A stretch of DNA of 62,670 bases, counting the filler, from Folioceros fuciformis (taxonomy: Eukaryota): NCBI GenBank assembly GCA_049999805.1. It is 4 parts of 4 records of this genome, joined end to end, with 100 filler letters (N's around TTAATTAATTAA, not from the genome) between each part and the next. Parts side by side here need not be neighbours in the genome. Positions count along the whole stretch, not along the records: positions 1 to 20,402 come from JBNGIO010006356.1; 3 more parts are not named here. The stretch is one strand, 5' to 3'. The notes below the pieces were generated by a model. The model was given only the letters and a program-made list of their open reading frames with translations, ran no database searches and was not told the DNA's origin. Shown here piece by piece: positions 1 through 13,069 of this stretch; position 1 is the stretch's first letter; each line of letters begins with the position of its first letter. A program made the position numbers and the translations under genes.

Positions 1-366
1 GCTCTACTCTGCGCTCCCTGCTCTGGCCTTCTGCCCTCTGCCCCCTGTGTCCTCTGCCTCTGTGCCCTCTTGCTTAATATTTTTTACAGTACCATGTCTC
101 ACCCGCTCGCTGCTGCCGCGCACCTTCGCTCCCAACGGATGATGGAGCAAAAGCACCTTGCAGCCTGCAAGTAGCCTGCATCCTGCAAGTAGCCTGCCCT
201 GCATCACCCCAACATCATCGTCCAGCAAATACGATCATCACCATCTTACGGGATGAAAGCCACTACTGCACATATCAGTCACCTCTCTACCCGCAACCAA
301 CGGGAAGCCCAGGCCAGACAAGGGAAGACGGTTAGCTACCCTACGCCACCACCAAAAAAAATGCAA

Positions 367-420
367 AAACAAAACCACAACCAGAACCAGAACCAGAACC
401 ACAGCCAAAACCACAGCAAG
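367..420. repeat. AACCAG/AACCAC hexamer microsatellite (a CCCAG pentamer run also lies at 595-635)
   Basis: Directly visible short tandem repeats. Confidence 0.8.
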
Positions 421-2399
421 CACACACCATATTTATCCTCCGCTGCCCAATGGCGGCCTTCCGCAATCTTGTGTCCGAGATCGCCAACCCTCGGCCCCAT
501 AAAACTCTTTAAACTATACAACGGTATGCCATATCCGCCTAATAATTGCGCCGCGCCGGAAAATGCAACATTCAATATTCTGAGACTCTGGGAGCCCAGC
601 CCAGCCCAGACCAGCCCAGCCCAGCCAAGCCAAGCCAAGAACGGCCCGGGCAACCAGGGCACAAAAAGGGATGCGATGCCATAGGATCATAGGCTGGGAT
701 GTTGCCTGCACAGCCGCCTCGGTTTTCGAGACCAAGGCCCCTGGAGTCGGCGTCGCCGCCCTTCGCTCATCGCCCAACACAATCAACAAGAGCCACAACA
801 ACACCCACCCAGGGTCCACGTCCAGGGGTCCACACCGTCCACGCCTACAAACCACAAACCTCGCCTCCCCTCTCCACACCTTGGACAACGCTTTTGCATT
901 TATTCGCACGCCCTCCATTCCCATTCCCCCCTGCTGCCCTCTCCTTTACACTGGGATCACACGCGTCTCCTTTATTACATCCTACGCCTCTTCTCTTCCT
1001 CTCCTAATTGCTCAACTCCCTAATTCGGAAGCCCCCACCCGAATCCCAAGCCCAAGCCGTTGAACAGCGCGTTTCTCGATGCCCTCACAAATGCATGCAC
1101 CTTCCTTCCTTGCCAGGCCCATCAATGTTATATGTTAGTGTACACACCCAACTCCTTCCACAATCGGCCGGCCCGGGGGCTCGTCCCTTCATCCGTCCCA
1201 CAACAAAACCAACCAACGACCCATACATTACATACATAACACGAGACAAGGGAACAAAATGTCTGCGTCCGTGATTACACACACCCACCTTCACCCTCGG
1301 CCGCCTCGGGTGGTCCCACTAATCAACCACCATGTGCTACCCCGTGCCCCTAATCACAATCACATGCTCATCCCGTCCACACATCCCTGTCGTCTCTCCA
1401 TTCTTCATTCATTCCTTCCTACCTTCCACTGGACCCTTCCCTATGTCTGGGACTCCGACCCCGACTCCGGCTTGGGCCTCCATCATCCCCGTAGCCTAGG
1501 AGCACCATCCCAACCTCCACGCTCTTACGTGACCCACATTCCGTAATAGGCAGACATGCCAAGCAACCAGGCAGGCAGGCAGGCCAAACTACAGTCCAGG
1601 GCAGACAAATCCTTCCCTCATCATGTCCTAGTCATGTTCTTCTCTCTGCATTACTGGGAAGTGGCTCAAAAAAGATATTCCCATGTCCAATGGGGATACG
1701 ACAAGCAGAGATGACGGCAAGCCATCGGCAACGCGCACACCCCTCTGCTACGCGTGCACTTGTCACTTGTTTCTATCTGCATCGGCACTGCTGCCCAAAC
1801 CACACACTCTGGCTCTAACACCACGTCGCGTCCAGCGGGATACCGACATCTCTTACCGTTCCGCTCTCTCGGACCACACCTGGCCTACTACTCGTCCACA
1901 TCCTCACTTCCCTGCCTGCCCCATCTTTGTTGTCCTTTCACATGACACACCAGTGCGTCCACTACCAGATACATTTGTTTACTCTACTGGCGTAACTTGG
2001 GCCTCTCCCCATTTCATCGGATCTGGATTCCTGCAGTGCAATACTTCCCACAGACGACACTCCACGCACACTACCGCTGCTCCTTGTGTTCATTTCATGC
2101 ACACAAGCTAGTGGTAGGTGAGGGCGAGAATCGCAATCACGCCGCACGCGGACGCTAACTGTGACCCGTGACGGGACTCGACCCGACCCGACCCCACGGT
2201 GCCATCCACCTCACTCTCACCCGTTCCATCAAACCACGTCTAACCTTGCTCTTCCTACTAGGCATCTTCAATGGCATCTACTCTACCACGAACAAAAGAA
2301 GAAAAATATTCAGTCCCCACCCATCCCCTTCCTTAGGTCAACAACCAGACCAGTGCAAGGACAAATAAGTGTGCCATCTACACAGACGCAGATGACTCC

Positions 2400-4088
2400 T
2401 CAAGCCTTGTGAGGTCGCCCGCCCACCCTCCCTGGAAGCTTGCTCATCACAAGCTCCAAGTAATTGCTCAACTCTTCCACGGCAACCCTCACCGAGTTGT
2501 CGATTTCCTCTTCGTACTGCTCGTACACGTAAGGGACACTGAATGCAGCCACAATGGCGAAAGCTGATAAGGACCTCACTGAGAACCTCCCCAGCTGGTG
2601 CACTAACCGAAGACACAGCATCACCTTCAGCAGCAGGGATGGCTGCCTTTCTAGTACTAGCCTGCTTATCAACTGTGTGCTCCAGTTCCACCCTGACCCT
2701 AAGCACGCGGCTGCACTGTCGAACGCCTCCTCAGGGAATTGGATAGGAGTGCCTGGAACTTTTGGCAGTCTCTTCCCCACCAAATTCGCCGGAATCATGG
2801 TGTAGAGGAAGGTGGTCACGATGCACAGCAGCAACGCTTTGGCTACGAAAGTCACCAAGCTGTAAGCCCGGATGAAGAGAAAGTAGTACACCAGGGCTGT
2901 CAGGAACAGGTAAACCGAAGTCCGCTTTACATCTCTCCAAAGCAGCACATCCGCCAGCTGCCCAGTGCCCAGGACGGCAGACACCTTGGATGGCCCCAAG
3001 CTCCGTGCTTTCACCACCACCTCCTTCCTTAAATGGCTGAACGACTCCACTGTCCGCTGGATGGCCTCATCCAAAGACACCACCGGAGCATAACCTAGGA
3101 GCCTCTCTGCTCTGGAGATGTTGAAAGTGCGGTAGGATGACACGGTCCGCATGCGAGAAGGTGTGAATGGCCCAGGGTCGCTTCCCACTTTGCTGCTCAC
3201 CCACTGCACGGCATAAGAGAGGGGCAGCACCACCTTCATGGGCAGCTTGTACTTGGGCCTGTCGTAACCCAGGCCTTCCAAAATTCTGCCGATGAATTCC
3301 CAGAACTTGATGGGCTCCTTGTTGGTGATGAAGTAGGCCTTGCCGCCTGCAGCATCCTCCCCTTCCACAGGACCTCCGGGGCGTCCCAGAGCTCGCTCCG
3401 CACACAGGTGGGCGTGTGCTACATTTTCCACGTATGTCCAATCGAACAAGTTCTCCCCATCGCCTACCATGAATTTGGTCTTCCCTCGCCGGGCAGATGC
3501 AACCGTTGTAGGCACGAACAACCGGTCCCCTGGCCCGAAGATACCGCTAGGTCGTATAGCGCACGTCAGCAGCCCCTTCTTGCCGTTGGCGCTGAGCACC
3601 AGCTGCTCCCCCTGAGCCTTGGTCTCCGAGTAGGCGTCGTTGTGCTGGAGAGGGTAAGGGGCAGACTCGTCCGTATTCCTTAACGAGGTGAAGCCATCGA
3701 ACACGACGCTAGGGGAGCTCGTATATATCAGCTTCTTCACGCCGTGCTCCAGGCACGCGTCCACCACATTCTTGGTCCCTGTCACGCTCACGGAATGGTG
3801 CAGCGTGAAGTCGTTGATGGAAGAATCCGGAGCTGCCATGTGAAATACCACTTGCACACCATGCAATGCCGCCAGCACCTGCGCCCTGTCCCGCAGATCC
3901 GCAGCCACGTACTCCGCCTCCCCAGAAGCCACAGCCTTGGCCAGCACTTTCTCATCCTCGCCCAGCACGATCGTGGGACCCAAATCTAGGATTCGCACCA
4001 CCCATGTCCCTTGCTGCAGCAGCTTCACCACCAGATGCCGCCCAGCAAATCCTCGCCCGCCCGTCACCGCGCACACCCGCTTCGCCAT
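2400..4088 (-). CDS. 3BETAHSD/D: 3-beta-hydroxysteroid dehydrogenase/C4-decarboxylase with C-terminal reticulon domain (single exon, 562 aa)
   Basis: TGGRGFAG NAD-binding motif, YTSSPSVVF, catalytic YSETK (YxxxK), IRPSGIFGPGD and YVENVAHAH. The C-terminus begins ADVLLWRD and continues with long hydrophobic segments typical of reticulons. Confidence 0.93.
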   Translation of the reverse strand: MAKRVCAVTGGRGFAGRHLVVKLLQQGTWVVRILDLGPTIVLGEDEKVLAKAVASGEAEYVAADLRDRAQVLAALHGVQVVFHMAAPDSSINDFTLHHSVSVTGTKNVVDACLEHGVKKLIYTSSPSVVFDGFTSLRNTDESAPYPLQHNDAYSETKAQGEQLVLSANGKKGLLTCAIRPSGIFGPGDRLFVPTTVASARRGKTKFMVGDGENLFDWTYVENVAHAHLCAERALGRPGGPVEGEDAAGGKAYFITNKEPIKFWEFIGRILEGLGYDRPKYKLPMKVVLPLSYAVQWVSSKVGSDPGPFTPSRMRTVSSYRTFNISRAERLLGYAPVVSLDEAIQRTVESFSHLRKEVVVKARSLGPSKVSAVLGTGQLADVLLWRDVKRTSVYLFLTALVYYFLFIRAYSLVTFVAKALLLCIVTTFLYTMIPANLVGKRLPKVPGTPIQFPEEAFDSAAACLGSGWNWSTQLISRLVLERQPSLLLKVMLCLRLVHQLGRFSVRSLSAFAIVAAFSVPYVYEQYEEEIDNSVRVAVEELSNYLELVMSKLPGRVGGRPHKA

Positions 4089-4470
4089 TGCTCACTTTCC
4101 AATCCCAGCTCTGTCACACAGGGCGAACAAACTCGATTTGTCAGTGTCTCTCAGCTGCCATGTCCCCTGGACATACCTGCTTCCAAGGGTTTGCACAAAC
4201 CTCGTAAAACCTGACAACGATCCTGATTCCAGCGCGACAAGAGCTTCGCATCAAGAAGCTTTTCTTGGCCCGCCATAGGTACATAGCTTCAAAGGTGCTG
4301 CCATCCATAAACCTAGGTTCTAGCCAACAACAGTTTGCAGCCGCTCCACGTCCCGTGACTTGGAACCGGTGCGTGAAGTTCGCTTCACCGTTTACTGGGC
4401 TCCCTGAATCCCGAGACAAAAGGCGAATCGGCATACGTGCCTGGGTAAACGCTGTCAAAAGCTATAATTT

Positions 4471-6375
4471 TCACTTCCATGCACCCTTCTGTTTGTACAC
4501 GCCCAGGGCTGAGTATACTGAGGCCAACTGCTCTGCGGTGTAGCTGGTTCGACAACCAGGCAAATGCTTTGGGGCCAGCGAACGATCGAAATAAAGACCG
4601 CCCGCTTGCAGTTTTGAATTTGGCTGCAGAGCCAGCCACACCATAGTGTCAGCTCCTTGTTCCGGGGTTCGAAAGCGGTCAGCCAGCCTGCAGACAAGCA
4701 CAACCAGGATCAGGCGTCATGGCACATGATGAATTTACAGGAGGTACCCGACTGTCACTACCTTCGTCTGAAATTTGGCATATGCTGCTGGACCAGGTTC
4801 GTGTCTGCCCAACCAGGATGTGCAGAGTAGAACCCAATGCCCTTGGACCCGTACACCTCGCTCCATTTCTCACCTAAAGCCACCTGAACCACATTTCGCA
4901 CGTAACACATGAGATCCACCCAGCTAAAGCAGGCAAGCTACAAGCACAAATGGAGCGTTGTCCGCACGTTCAAGGACAACAACCTGGACTCGCTTGTTTC
5001 TCGCGTATGCTTCCAGTCCATCGAATTTGCCTTCGTCAAACTGCGATGCACAATATCGCCTCAGTAGGAACAGAGGGCAGGAAACCATTTGCCCTGCAGA
5101 CTGTCCGAACCAGTTCCAAGGTCTCACCTGCAAGTCCTGATTAAGAGGCTGCGAGTACATCCCTCCCGAGCTGACTGTTATCACTCTTGCTTCCGGAGCA
5201 GCCTTCTCAAGAGCTGGGACGAGTAATTCTGTGAGAACGTACACCGCAGCCACATTCACAGCGAAGTTGCCCTCCAATCTGCATAGGCATTAAGATTTGA
5301 ACAAGGTCAGCTAGATGTCATGCTCTGTGGGAAGATCTCGTTTTGACAACAGCAGAACAAAGGCGGGTGCACTACGCTGCCCTCAAAGATCCACAACCTA
5401 CCCTTCATCAGTCACCGCCCGGGTGGTATTTCCTCCGGTGCCGGCATTGTTCACCTGGTTTCCAGAACCAGGACCGACATTGGTTAAGACACTGGCTACA
5501 TCTGTAACAAGTTTCATTGAATTGAAAGAATCCACCAAGGAGAGAGCCCTTTGATACGGCCAGACAAAACGTCCTACTTCCTGACTGCAAACATGATATA
5601 CCAACACGTGCAGAGGTTGCCCACTGGAGGAATAGCGGGAAACAAATGCCTTAACATCCTCCACCAAAGAGAGATCACATATCTGAGACAGCACCAGCCA
5701 AGGTCTTTGCTTTTGGTCAGGTAAAGTGACACAAGAAATTAAACGTATGTGCATAAAACAGCCAGAGACCAACCATTCGTGCAAAGATAACTATCGTGTA
5801 CCTCAAGATAAGCAGAAGCAGTACCCGTGCTTGCTTTAAGCTCTTCTAAAGCCTTCTCTCCTCTGTCCTTATTTCGACAGACAAGGCACACAGTTGCTCC
5901 CCTGTTACAAGCAACCCAACCAAAGATAAGGTGGCTCTTTCCAAGCATAAAAACGCTTTCCAATAGCCACAAAATATGTACAGCAGAGAAGGCAGACCAT
6001 CACTCACCGAGCTGCAAGTGCTTTTGCAGTTTCCAGCCCAAGGCCTGAATTAGCACCAGTCACCACACAGTTCTTCCCAGTCATGTCAACCCGGAGATCA
6101 GACTCCTTGAAGTTCTTCGCGTGCTCCCTGCACAGAGCATGGACAAGCTGCTGAATTTTCCCACATGACAGTCACAAACATACTCTTGCCAAAAAAAACA
6201 ATTCACTTACACTCAGCATGGACTCATTCGACACTCATGCACCGGAAGACAACAAATGAGTACTGCAGAAAGAGATTTGTCTCTCAATCTCATCAGCAAG
6301 GAGTTTTGCTCACAGAAATGCCTGACGCGTGAAGTTAAAGTAGCCGTAGGCCAAAAACGCAGCAGTCCTGAAAGC
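4471..6375 (-). CDS. Short-chain dehydrogenase/reductase, DHRS12-like, about 9 exons; first coding exon not resolved (may extend to about 6543)
   Basis: Spliced peptides read from the minus strand: AFRTAAFLAYGYFNFTR, GKNCVVTGANSGLG, GATVCLVCRN, ICDLS, VNNAG, FAVNV, VITVSSGGMY, YARNKRVQ, HPGWADT, RTPEQGADTMVWLALQP. GT-AG boundaries separate them; TGA stop at 4471-4473. Confidence 0.88.
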
Positions 6376-7408
6376 CTGTAATCTCCTCAGCCAAGTAACC
6401 AAGGAGAGGACAAATAACGCACAGATCACACCTAGCCTCTGTCAGGTGATAGACAGTAGGAACATACCTCAGTGCTCAAAACTAGCTGAGACAACTGCAA
6501 CAAAGTAACACACCCAAAACAGGGGAGTATGACATGCCTGCATTTTGAATCACATACATCCGCGTGCCCCCTTCCGTCGAGTTGAGTGGCACTATCTCCG
6601 CCAAACACTTCAAATTCTCAGACGAGTGACATCACCGTACACAGCGCTGCGTTGGGCGGACGTGCAGACAACAGGAGCTGGAGAAACTGACACCACCTAT
6701 CCACGGATCGCTGGCGCCCAAGTGCCAAACAGGTTCACTGTCGCCATAAGCCAGAGGAGGAGATCGACAATGACCTGATTGGCAACCTCAAACTTTTCCT
6801 GGGACAATCTAGAAACCGAGATAAATGCAACCGTTTCCCAGGGAGCAAGGAGATTGGAGAAACCTGACCTGGCGTTAGGCAATGGGAACCTTCCGACTGT
6901 CCATCCACCTCGAAAGCCTCTCTCTAGGTTCTCGACGAACTCTGCCCCAATCGCTATTAGAGGCAAGGATCACCGCCGTGGCAAGTATCCAGATATTTCT
7001 CAGGTTTCGAGATATGTGGCGGAAGATAAACTGACGATCCGGCCGGTACAGCAATGATGGCGGGCCAACACTGAAGGTCCAGTGCCGGCTCGCCTAGTTG
7101 ATTCATGAACCTCACCGTGACCCCGAGTGAGCGAAGTTGAGGTCGTTACATTTCGATGAAATTGCCCAAATAGTGTTCAGTTCGTGTCTTCACAGGGAAG
7201 ATCCCACTCGTCCCTCTAGACTACATATTTAGGAAACCACCCCGTCTGTGGTAACCTAAAGCGTGTGCGTGTCTTCCGCTCTCCTGTTGTGCGCCCACCT
7301 TGGCGGAGAACTTTTCCACGCGCTTTCTCAGGGTTTTGCGCTGCTGCTACGGCCACTACAGATCGACACCAGCCCCAACCTCTTCTTGCAGATCGGACAT
7401 CAGGCGAC

Positions 7409-7972
7409 ATGGCGGAGAATGTGATCGCTATTCACGACGCCGAAGCCTTCCAGAACAAATTGAAGGAAGCGGCTACACACGGCAAAGTGGTGAGCACCTG
7501 GCACTAAAAGCTTGTCTGTGGTTGAGGTTGTTGCCCTGCGGATGAAGCCACTTGCTGGTGTAGTGGGGGTAGAGCACAGCCTGTGCTGCTTGAGCTGGGT
7601 GCGCCACTCTGTTGCTGACTGCCGATCGTTTGAGTTTTGCAGATCGTGGTTGATTTCACCGCCACATGGTGCGGTCCGTGCAAGCACATAACTCCGCACT
7701 TCGCTGAGCTCTCGAAGAAGTATCCGGAACTTATCTTCTTGAAGGTCGATGTGGATGAGCTGCCAACTATCACTTCTAAGTGGGAGGTGCAGGCTATGCC
7801 TACCTTTGTCTTCATCAAGGATCACAAAGAGGTTGACAAGCTGGTTGGGGCAAGCAAAGATCTTCTGGAGAAGAAAGTAAAGAATTTCGCTGACCAGTAT
7901 AAGTCGAGTCACACTGCAGCTCCAGCGCCGGCTGGGCATGCTGCACCCGGATCCCACCTAGCACACGCCTAG
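7409..7972 (+). CDS. Thioredoxin h-type, exons 7409-7489 and 7643-7972
   Basis: VVDFTATWCGPC active site, FLKVDVDEL, AMPTFVF. GT-AG intron 7490-7642 in phase 0. Ala/His/Pro-rich C-terminal tail. Confidence 0.92.
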
Positions 7973-8699
7973 CCCACGCAGTTGGTCTCGTAATGTGGGA
8001 ATGGCAAGGCACTCGGAGTTGGTGGTTTGTATGTACCTCTGGCAATCAGGAATGGTCCACCTTTCCTCGTTTTGCACTTAGCTAGTGAGTGTCCCGTGCA
8101 CGTCGACGAATAAGCATGTACTAGTTGGTTCGTTTTTGTCGCGTCCATTTTCTAGTATTGTAACTTAGACCGTTACATGTTTACTTTCGTTTTTTTGTGG
8201 CGTGTGGAAACGTTACCTTCGTCCGTGCTTGAAGGTGGTCTTCCCTCCTCGGGTTACGCTCTCCTGAGCGCGGGTTGGATGTACTTTCTCCCACTTTCTC
8301 GAAAGTTAAGAGTGTACTTTAGAGCTTGCGATGTGGCTGCCCATATTCTGAGCGCAGTGTTTTGTTGTCGCTTTGTGTTTTGTTTTGTGAGGATGTGGCG
8401 TTTATGTCATACCAAAGACGACAGTATCGTCTTCTTTTCACAATGCACATAGTGGGAGTCTTTTTTGGTCCAAAGAAGATAGAGAGTATCTTTCTTTCTT
8501 CACCCCATTGCATGGAGGGGACAGTCGACTTTGGTCCCAAAATTAACGGGTGTCCCCCTTCGCAACTCCGCTTTGGTCCCAAAACTAATGGTACCCTCCT
8601 TCCCAAAGGACTTATCCCAGGGTTCACACGAGAGCCTTTCGTTGTAGCCTATCTTGTGTAACTCCTTCCAGCACTTTTCGTGCAAACCATTTGGGTTTA

Positions 8700-10365
8700 G
8701 CACTTGAACTCTCCACTAATGCACACGCGCTGCGCACTCGCCTGCCTACGGCCACATTGACCCTGGCATTTGGGTTTGAGTTTCGCTCCCCTGCAGCATG
8801 GCTTAGGCTCTGAATTTGACAGGCACAGGGAGGTGGGCACGGCATGGATGGAAACTGCATGCGGCTTGGACATCAAGCGGCCCTCTCCATTGCGAGGGTT
8901 TGAGGCTACAAAGCCCATCCCCTCTCTCCGCCCGATGGTTGTTGCGAGGCTTCAGCCATGGACCATTGCTTCTTGGCTAAGAGGTTGGTCACCACTTCTG
9001 TTGGGCCCGGCGTGCTCTCGTTGCAATGGTCTATGCAAAGTGGGGGGTGAGCAGGCAGGAGGTAAGCTAGGTGGTAGCTCGCAGGAGCGGACGCCGGTCC
9101 CAATCTGCCCCGTCTAGATGCTTATGCTCCACTTGGCCATATGCAGCAAGGCTACAAAGCCCGCCAAACCTACAAGCATGGATGATGTGCTCGGCATTCC
9201 CTTACAAGATTTTACAGGACTTTGGACTCAAGAGTATACCTCAAGGGTTTATCGCTCCCAAATTTTTGGTTTGGCTAGCCATAAAGGTGTAGTTCAATTA
9301 GGCCACTTGTTGAACAAGTCAAAGTCCTGTTGGAAGGAGGTGGAGGAGGTTAAGGGAGAGTTTGACTTATCAACTCGGCATTCCAGATCCCTGTTTTCAT
9401 AGTTACAAGAGGGGTTAGATAGTACTGTAAAACAAGCGTTGATGCAACAACCGTCTATAGCCACTGAGGGGTGGTGGGCGTATTCTTTGGATAGCAAGGG
9501 GGAGGAGTCCGAGGTGGAAGAATAGGTGGAAATGTGGAATTGGGTAGGGCGATGTTGGTTTTATCTGCGGCTAACAAAGAGCAAGTGTGGTCTTTTAGTG
9601 TCTTATCGTTTGAAGGGATACTAGATGGTCGAGGCAGAGATGAAGGTGGGGTACGGCTTAGGAATTTGAGGGCAATTACAATCCTCTCTAGATCTACCCG
9701 AGCTAGGTGATGGTGCACACAAGATGAGGTCCCTAGCGTGTCACATGTCTCGGACAAGCCAAGGGTACGGTGTTGGTTTTGCCTTGTAGAGAATTAGACT
9801 TTGGCCCTAAAACCATACCTCTTCAAATGGCCTCAACGTCTAGGGAACAAGGAGGCAAGCCCTCGGTCTTTCTTCAATTTCCCAACATCAGACTTGTACC
9901 TGTGGATGGTGTGGGCGTAGAAAATCAGCCAACGCAAGCCAATGGCCCCCAAGTTGCATCTATCAGTGTGGCAGAAAAGGGAAGCCATCAAGCTTTTGTG
10001 GCTTTCAGGTGGTATACCCCCCAAGGTTAGGCTGATCGTTTGGTGCTTCTTTCAAGTGTGTTTGCCCAACGCGGATAGATGGGATGGTTTATTAGTTGCA
10101 ACAAGTGAGGAGGTGTGTCACCCATGTAGCGCTGGAGCCCCGAATAAAAGCCAGCACATGCTTTTTCATTGTAGTTTTGCTCAAGAGGTATGGAGGGAGA
10201 TTGATAGATGGCTGCAAAGGATCTTTCCTGAAGCTCACCTTAGAGTCACGGAACAAACAACGCTTTATGGGTTAGATAGTGTCTCGTGCAAACTGTTGCT
10301 TAAAACTCAATGGTGGGGCTTGCTATGGTCTACCTACCTTTCCTACCTATGGCTCAATTGGTCTT
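8700..10365 (+). mobile_element. Degenerate L1-like LINE, ORF2 C-terminal region (left part, interrupted by an LTR element)
   Basis: zf-RVT-like motif CHPC...QHMLFHCSFAQEVW at about 10115-10195. Trp-rich fragmented frames upstream with many stops. Boundaries approximate. Confidence 0.65.
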
Positions 10366-13064
10366 TGTTAGAAATGTATGGTTTAACATATATTGTACAT
10401 TACGTTATACCAAGTAGGTTATTTAGTTTAGTTTATTGAAGAGCACTTATGAACGGTTGTAACCGCTTTATAGGTTACTCTTATTTGTGTCTTTCCAACA
10501 TTATCAATGTATGCTTTTGTGTGTAAGCTTTGCGTGTCTCGTGATCCATGAGCATTTTCATGGTATCAGAGCAGGATGATCTGCATCCCTACTCATCGCT
10601 CTTGCCTTTCCATTTATCCTCAATCTTAAAATGGAATTAATCAAGTGGCAGTACGATTTCTTTTAAAGACTGGACAGTGGCTGATGAGGTCGATAGCAAG
10701 ATGCCTTGCAAGGGAGTTTGCAAGCATTCATCTGTGGACAACCTGAGTGGCAAGCATGATAAGGTGAAGACTCAAGCTACTCTGAGGGACGTGGATTTCC
10801 AGGAGGCTTTTAAGGGCCTCTACTTCAAGCAGAATATTCCACAAGTCAAGCAAGTTGAGAGGGTTTGCTTTCTACAACAATTCATTGATTCCTTCCCTCT
10901 AGAGTTCTTATCAGCCTGTGTCTCCACTTGCGTTAAGTAGCTTCAACAAGTCAGAAAAATTGTCACTAGTTCCTATTCAAGAGGAGCATTGTATGTCATC
11001 CCCTACCTGTTGTGCTCAGGCCGATTTGTTTACTGCTGCCTTCAATAGCTAGAATGCCAGGTTGGTTGAATTGTCCAGCAAGATAGACAACGCCACAGTC
11101 AGACTTGATAGGCTAGAGAAAACCGAAGAGTTAGAAAAATTCACATCCGTTTTTCAAGAGTTAGAGATCAAGAGACATGCCAAGAAAATTAGAGAGATTC
11201 GACAGCAACTCAGGTCTAATGTTCCTATCCCACAATACTCATCTTGATTTCCAATAGTAATGGCTGGAACAGGGTTAGATGGGTCTGACCGACTCCATGA
11301 GAAGGATCGGTTGACTCCTTCCAACTATGACAACTAGAGTTTTCATATTCGCTGTATTCTTGAAGAGAAGTCACTCATGGATTTGGTGGACGGCGCCAAT
11401 CCGCAGAGAATTGCTGGTCAATCGTCAAGGCCAGCAACACCAAGAGGAACAGTACCCACCTGGATAGCAAAGCAAGCAGAGGAGTGGCAGTCAAAGGACA
11501 GTAAGGCACACTCAATCCTTCAGTGTCTTCAGTGTCCCAAGACGTGATTCCTCACATCAAGCTGACAAGTACATCAAATGAAGCATGAACACTGTTGGGT
11601 GATACTTATGAATCCAAGGATATGATGACAGAAGTTGCAGCAACCTTACATTTCCAGACACTCCGCATGAAGGAGACAAATTCTGTTGAGAGCCATGTCT
11701 CGAGGTTTCGTGTAGCCAAAGCCAAGTTGGCATCTTGTGGAGTTATTGTGCCTGAGAACAGGGCAGCAATTCAACTCCTCGCGTTACTGCCACCAAGTTA
11801 TGAGCAATTTAGTGCCAGTCAACAAGCAATTGCAATAAAAGTCTCGGCAACCTCTACAACACCTGCTACTTCCAACCTGATTGTACATAAGCTGGTTGGT
11901 GCATTTCTTTATGTTGAAGCCAACAAGAAGTACATGCTGAAACCAGGTTCGTCTCTGAATAAAGGAGACACTACCCTCTTCAGTTGGAGAGGGCAAGGCA
12001 GAGTTTGTGGCAGGGGAGGACGTGGCCATAGAGGTGCTGGTAGGGGCAGAGGACAAGTGCCCTCTTCATCACCTGATCCTAACTCCACAAAGAAACCAGG
12101 TGTGTGTAATTATTGTGGCAAACATAACCATTGGGTTAAGGATTGTAGGAAGAAGAAGGCTAATGATGCAGCTAAAGGGAAACACTCATCTGAGACACAT
12201 GTAGCCAAAGCGTCCACTCCAGGTTTGTTGGTAATGTGTCTTGCATCTTCCTCACGTGATTCTTATCATTGGTTTCTTGACAGTGGTGCATCTAATCACG
12301 TGTTCTATGAGGAAGGCCTTCATTTCCTACGAACCAACTCCACCTGGTCATGACCATGCCGTTGTCCTAGGTGATAACTCAACTTTGCCAATCAGAGGGT
12401 CTGGAATAGTCCGTGTCACCCTGCAAAATGGTAGACCTTTTGAGTTAGAAAATACTCTTCATGTTCCTCTCCTGACTAAGAATTTAGTTAGTGCAATGGC
12501 CTTGGGAAAAACAGGGTTGTACAGAATTACGTTTGAGGGCATAAAGTGTACCATTTCTCTCTTATAGTCTCCATCCACAGTCCTAGCTCGTGGTTGCCCC
12601 TTGTATGACCTCTATTTGCTAGATTTCTTTATTGATGTTCCTGCTCCTGTAGCCCATGTTGCTGATGCAAAGGCTCCTGTTAGTATAGCCTATCTATGGC
12701 ATTGCAGGCTGGGTCATCCTAATATACAAGCCATGAGACATCTTCTCAAAGAGAAGATGCTAACTAGATTTGTGGAATCGGAGTTACATGATATGGAGTT
12801 GTGTGTAGCTTGTATCTATGGCAAGCAATTTAAATCCCACTTTAGAGGTGGTAAACCTCGCAAGGTTAGTGTTAGAAATGTATGGTTTAACATATATTGT
12901 ACATTACGCTATACCAAGTAGGTTATTTAGTTTAGTTTATTTAAGAGCACTTATGAACGGTTGTAACCACTTTACGGGTTACTCCTATTTGTGTCTTTCC
13001 AACATTATCCATGTATGCTTTTGTGTGTAAGCTTTGCGTGTCTCGTGATCCACGAACATTTTTA
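10366..13064 (+). mobile_element. Copia element A: internally deleted Ty1/Copia LTR retrotransposon
   Basis: 195-bp LTRs at 10366-10560 (TG..CA) and 12870-13064 (TG..TA). 5-bp TSD GTCTT on both sides. PBS TGGTATCAGAGC at 10561. Decayed gag from ATG 11260 with CCHC knuckle, protease DSGAS and WHCRLGHP, then directly the 3' LTR with no integrase core, RT or RNase H. Confidence 0.93.
10699..11247 (+). pseudogene. Extra ORF upstream of gag in Copia A (disrupted)
   Basis: Fragments MPCK...FQEAFKGLYFKQ...FLQQFIDSF and LVELSSKIDNATVRLDRLEK...QELEIK align by eye to the upstream ORF of Copia B. Confidence 0.7.
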
Positions 13065-13069
13065 GTCTT

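Noticed and set aside
1-2399. Multiple short ORFs
   Set aside because: Low-complexity, microsatellite-rich sequence with no recognisable domains, probably UTR or intergenic.
6495-6543. ATG-CAG micro-exon with a GC-AG intron as the SDR start
   Set aside because: It would need a 43-nt GC-AG intron, which cannot be supported without transcript data.
8455-8590. Repeated TTTGGTCCCAAA motifs as MITE termini
   Set aside because: No matching inverted terminus or TSD could be defined.
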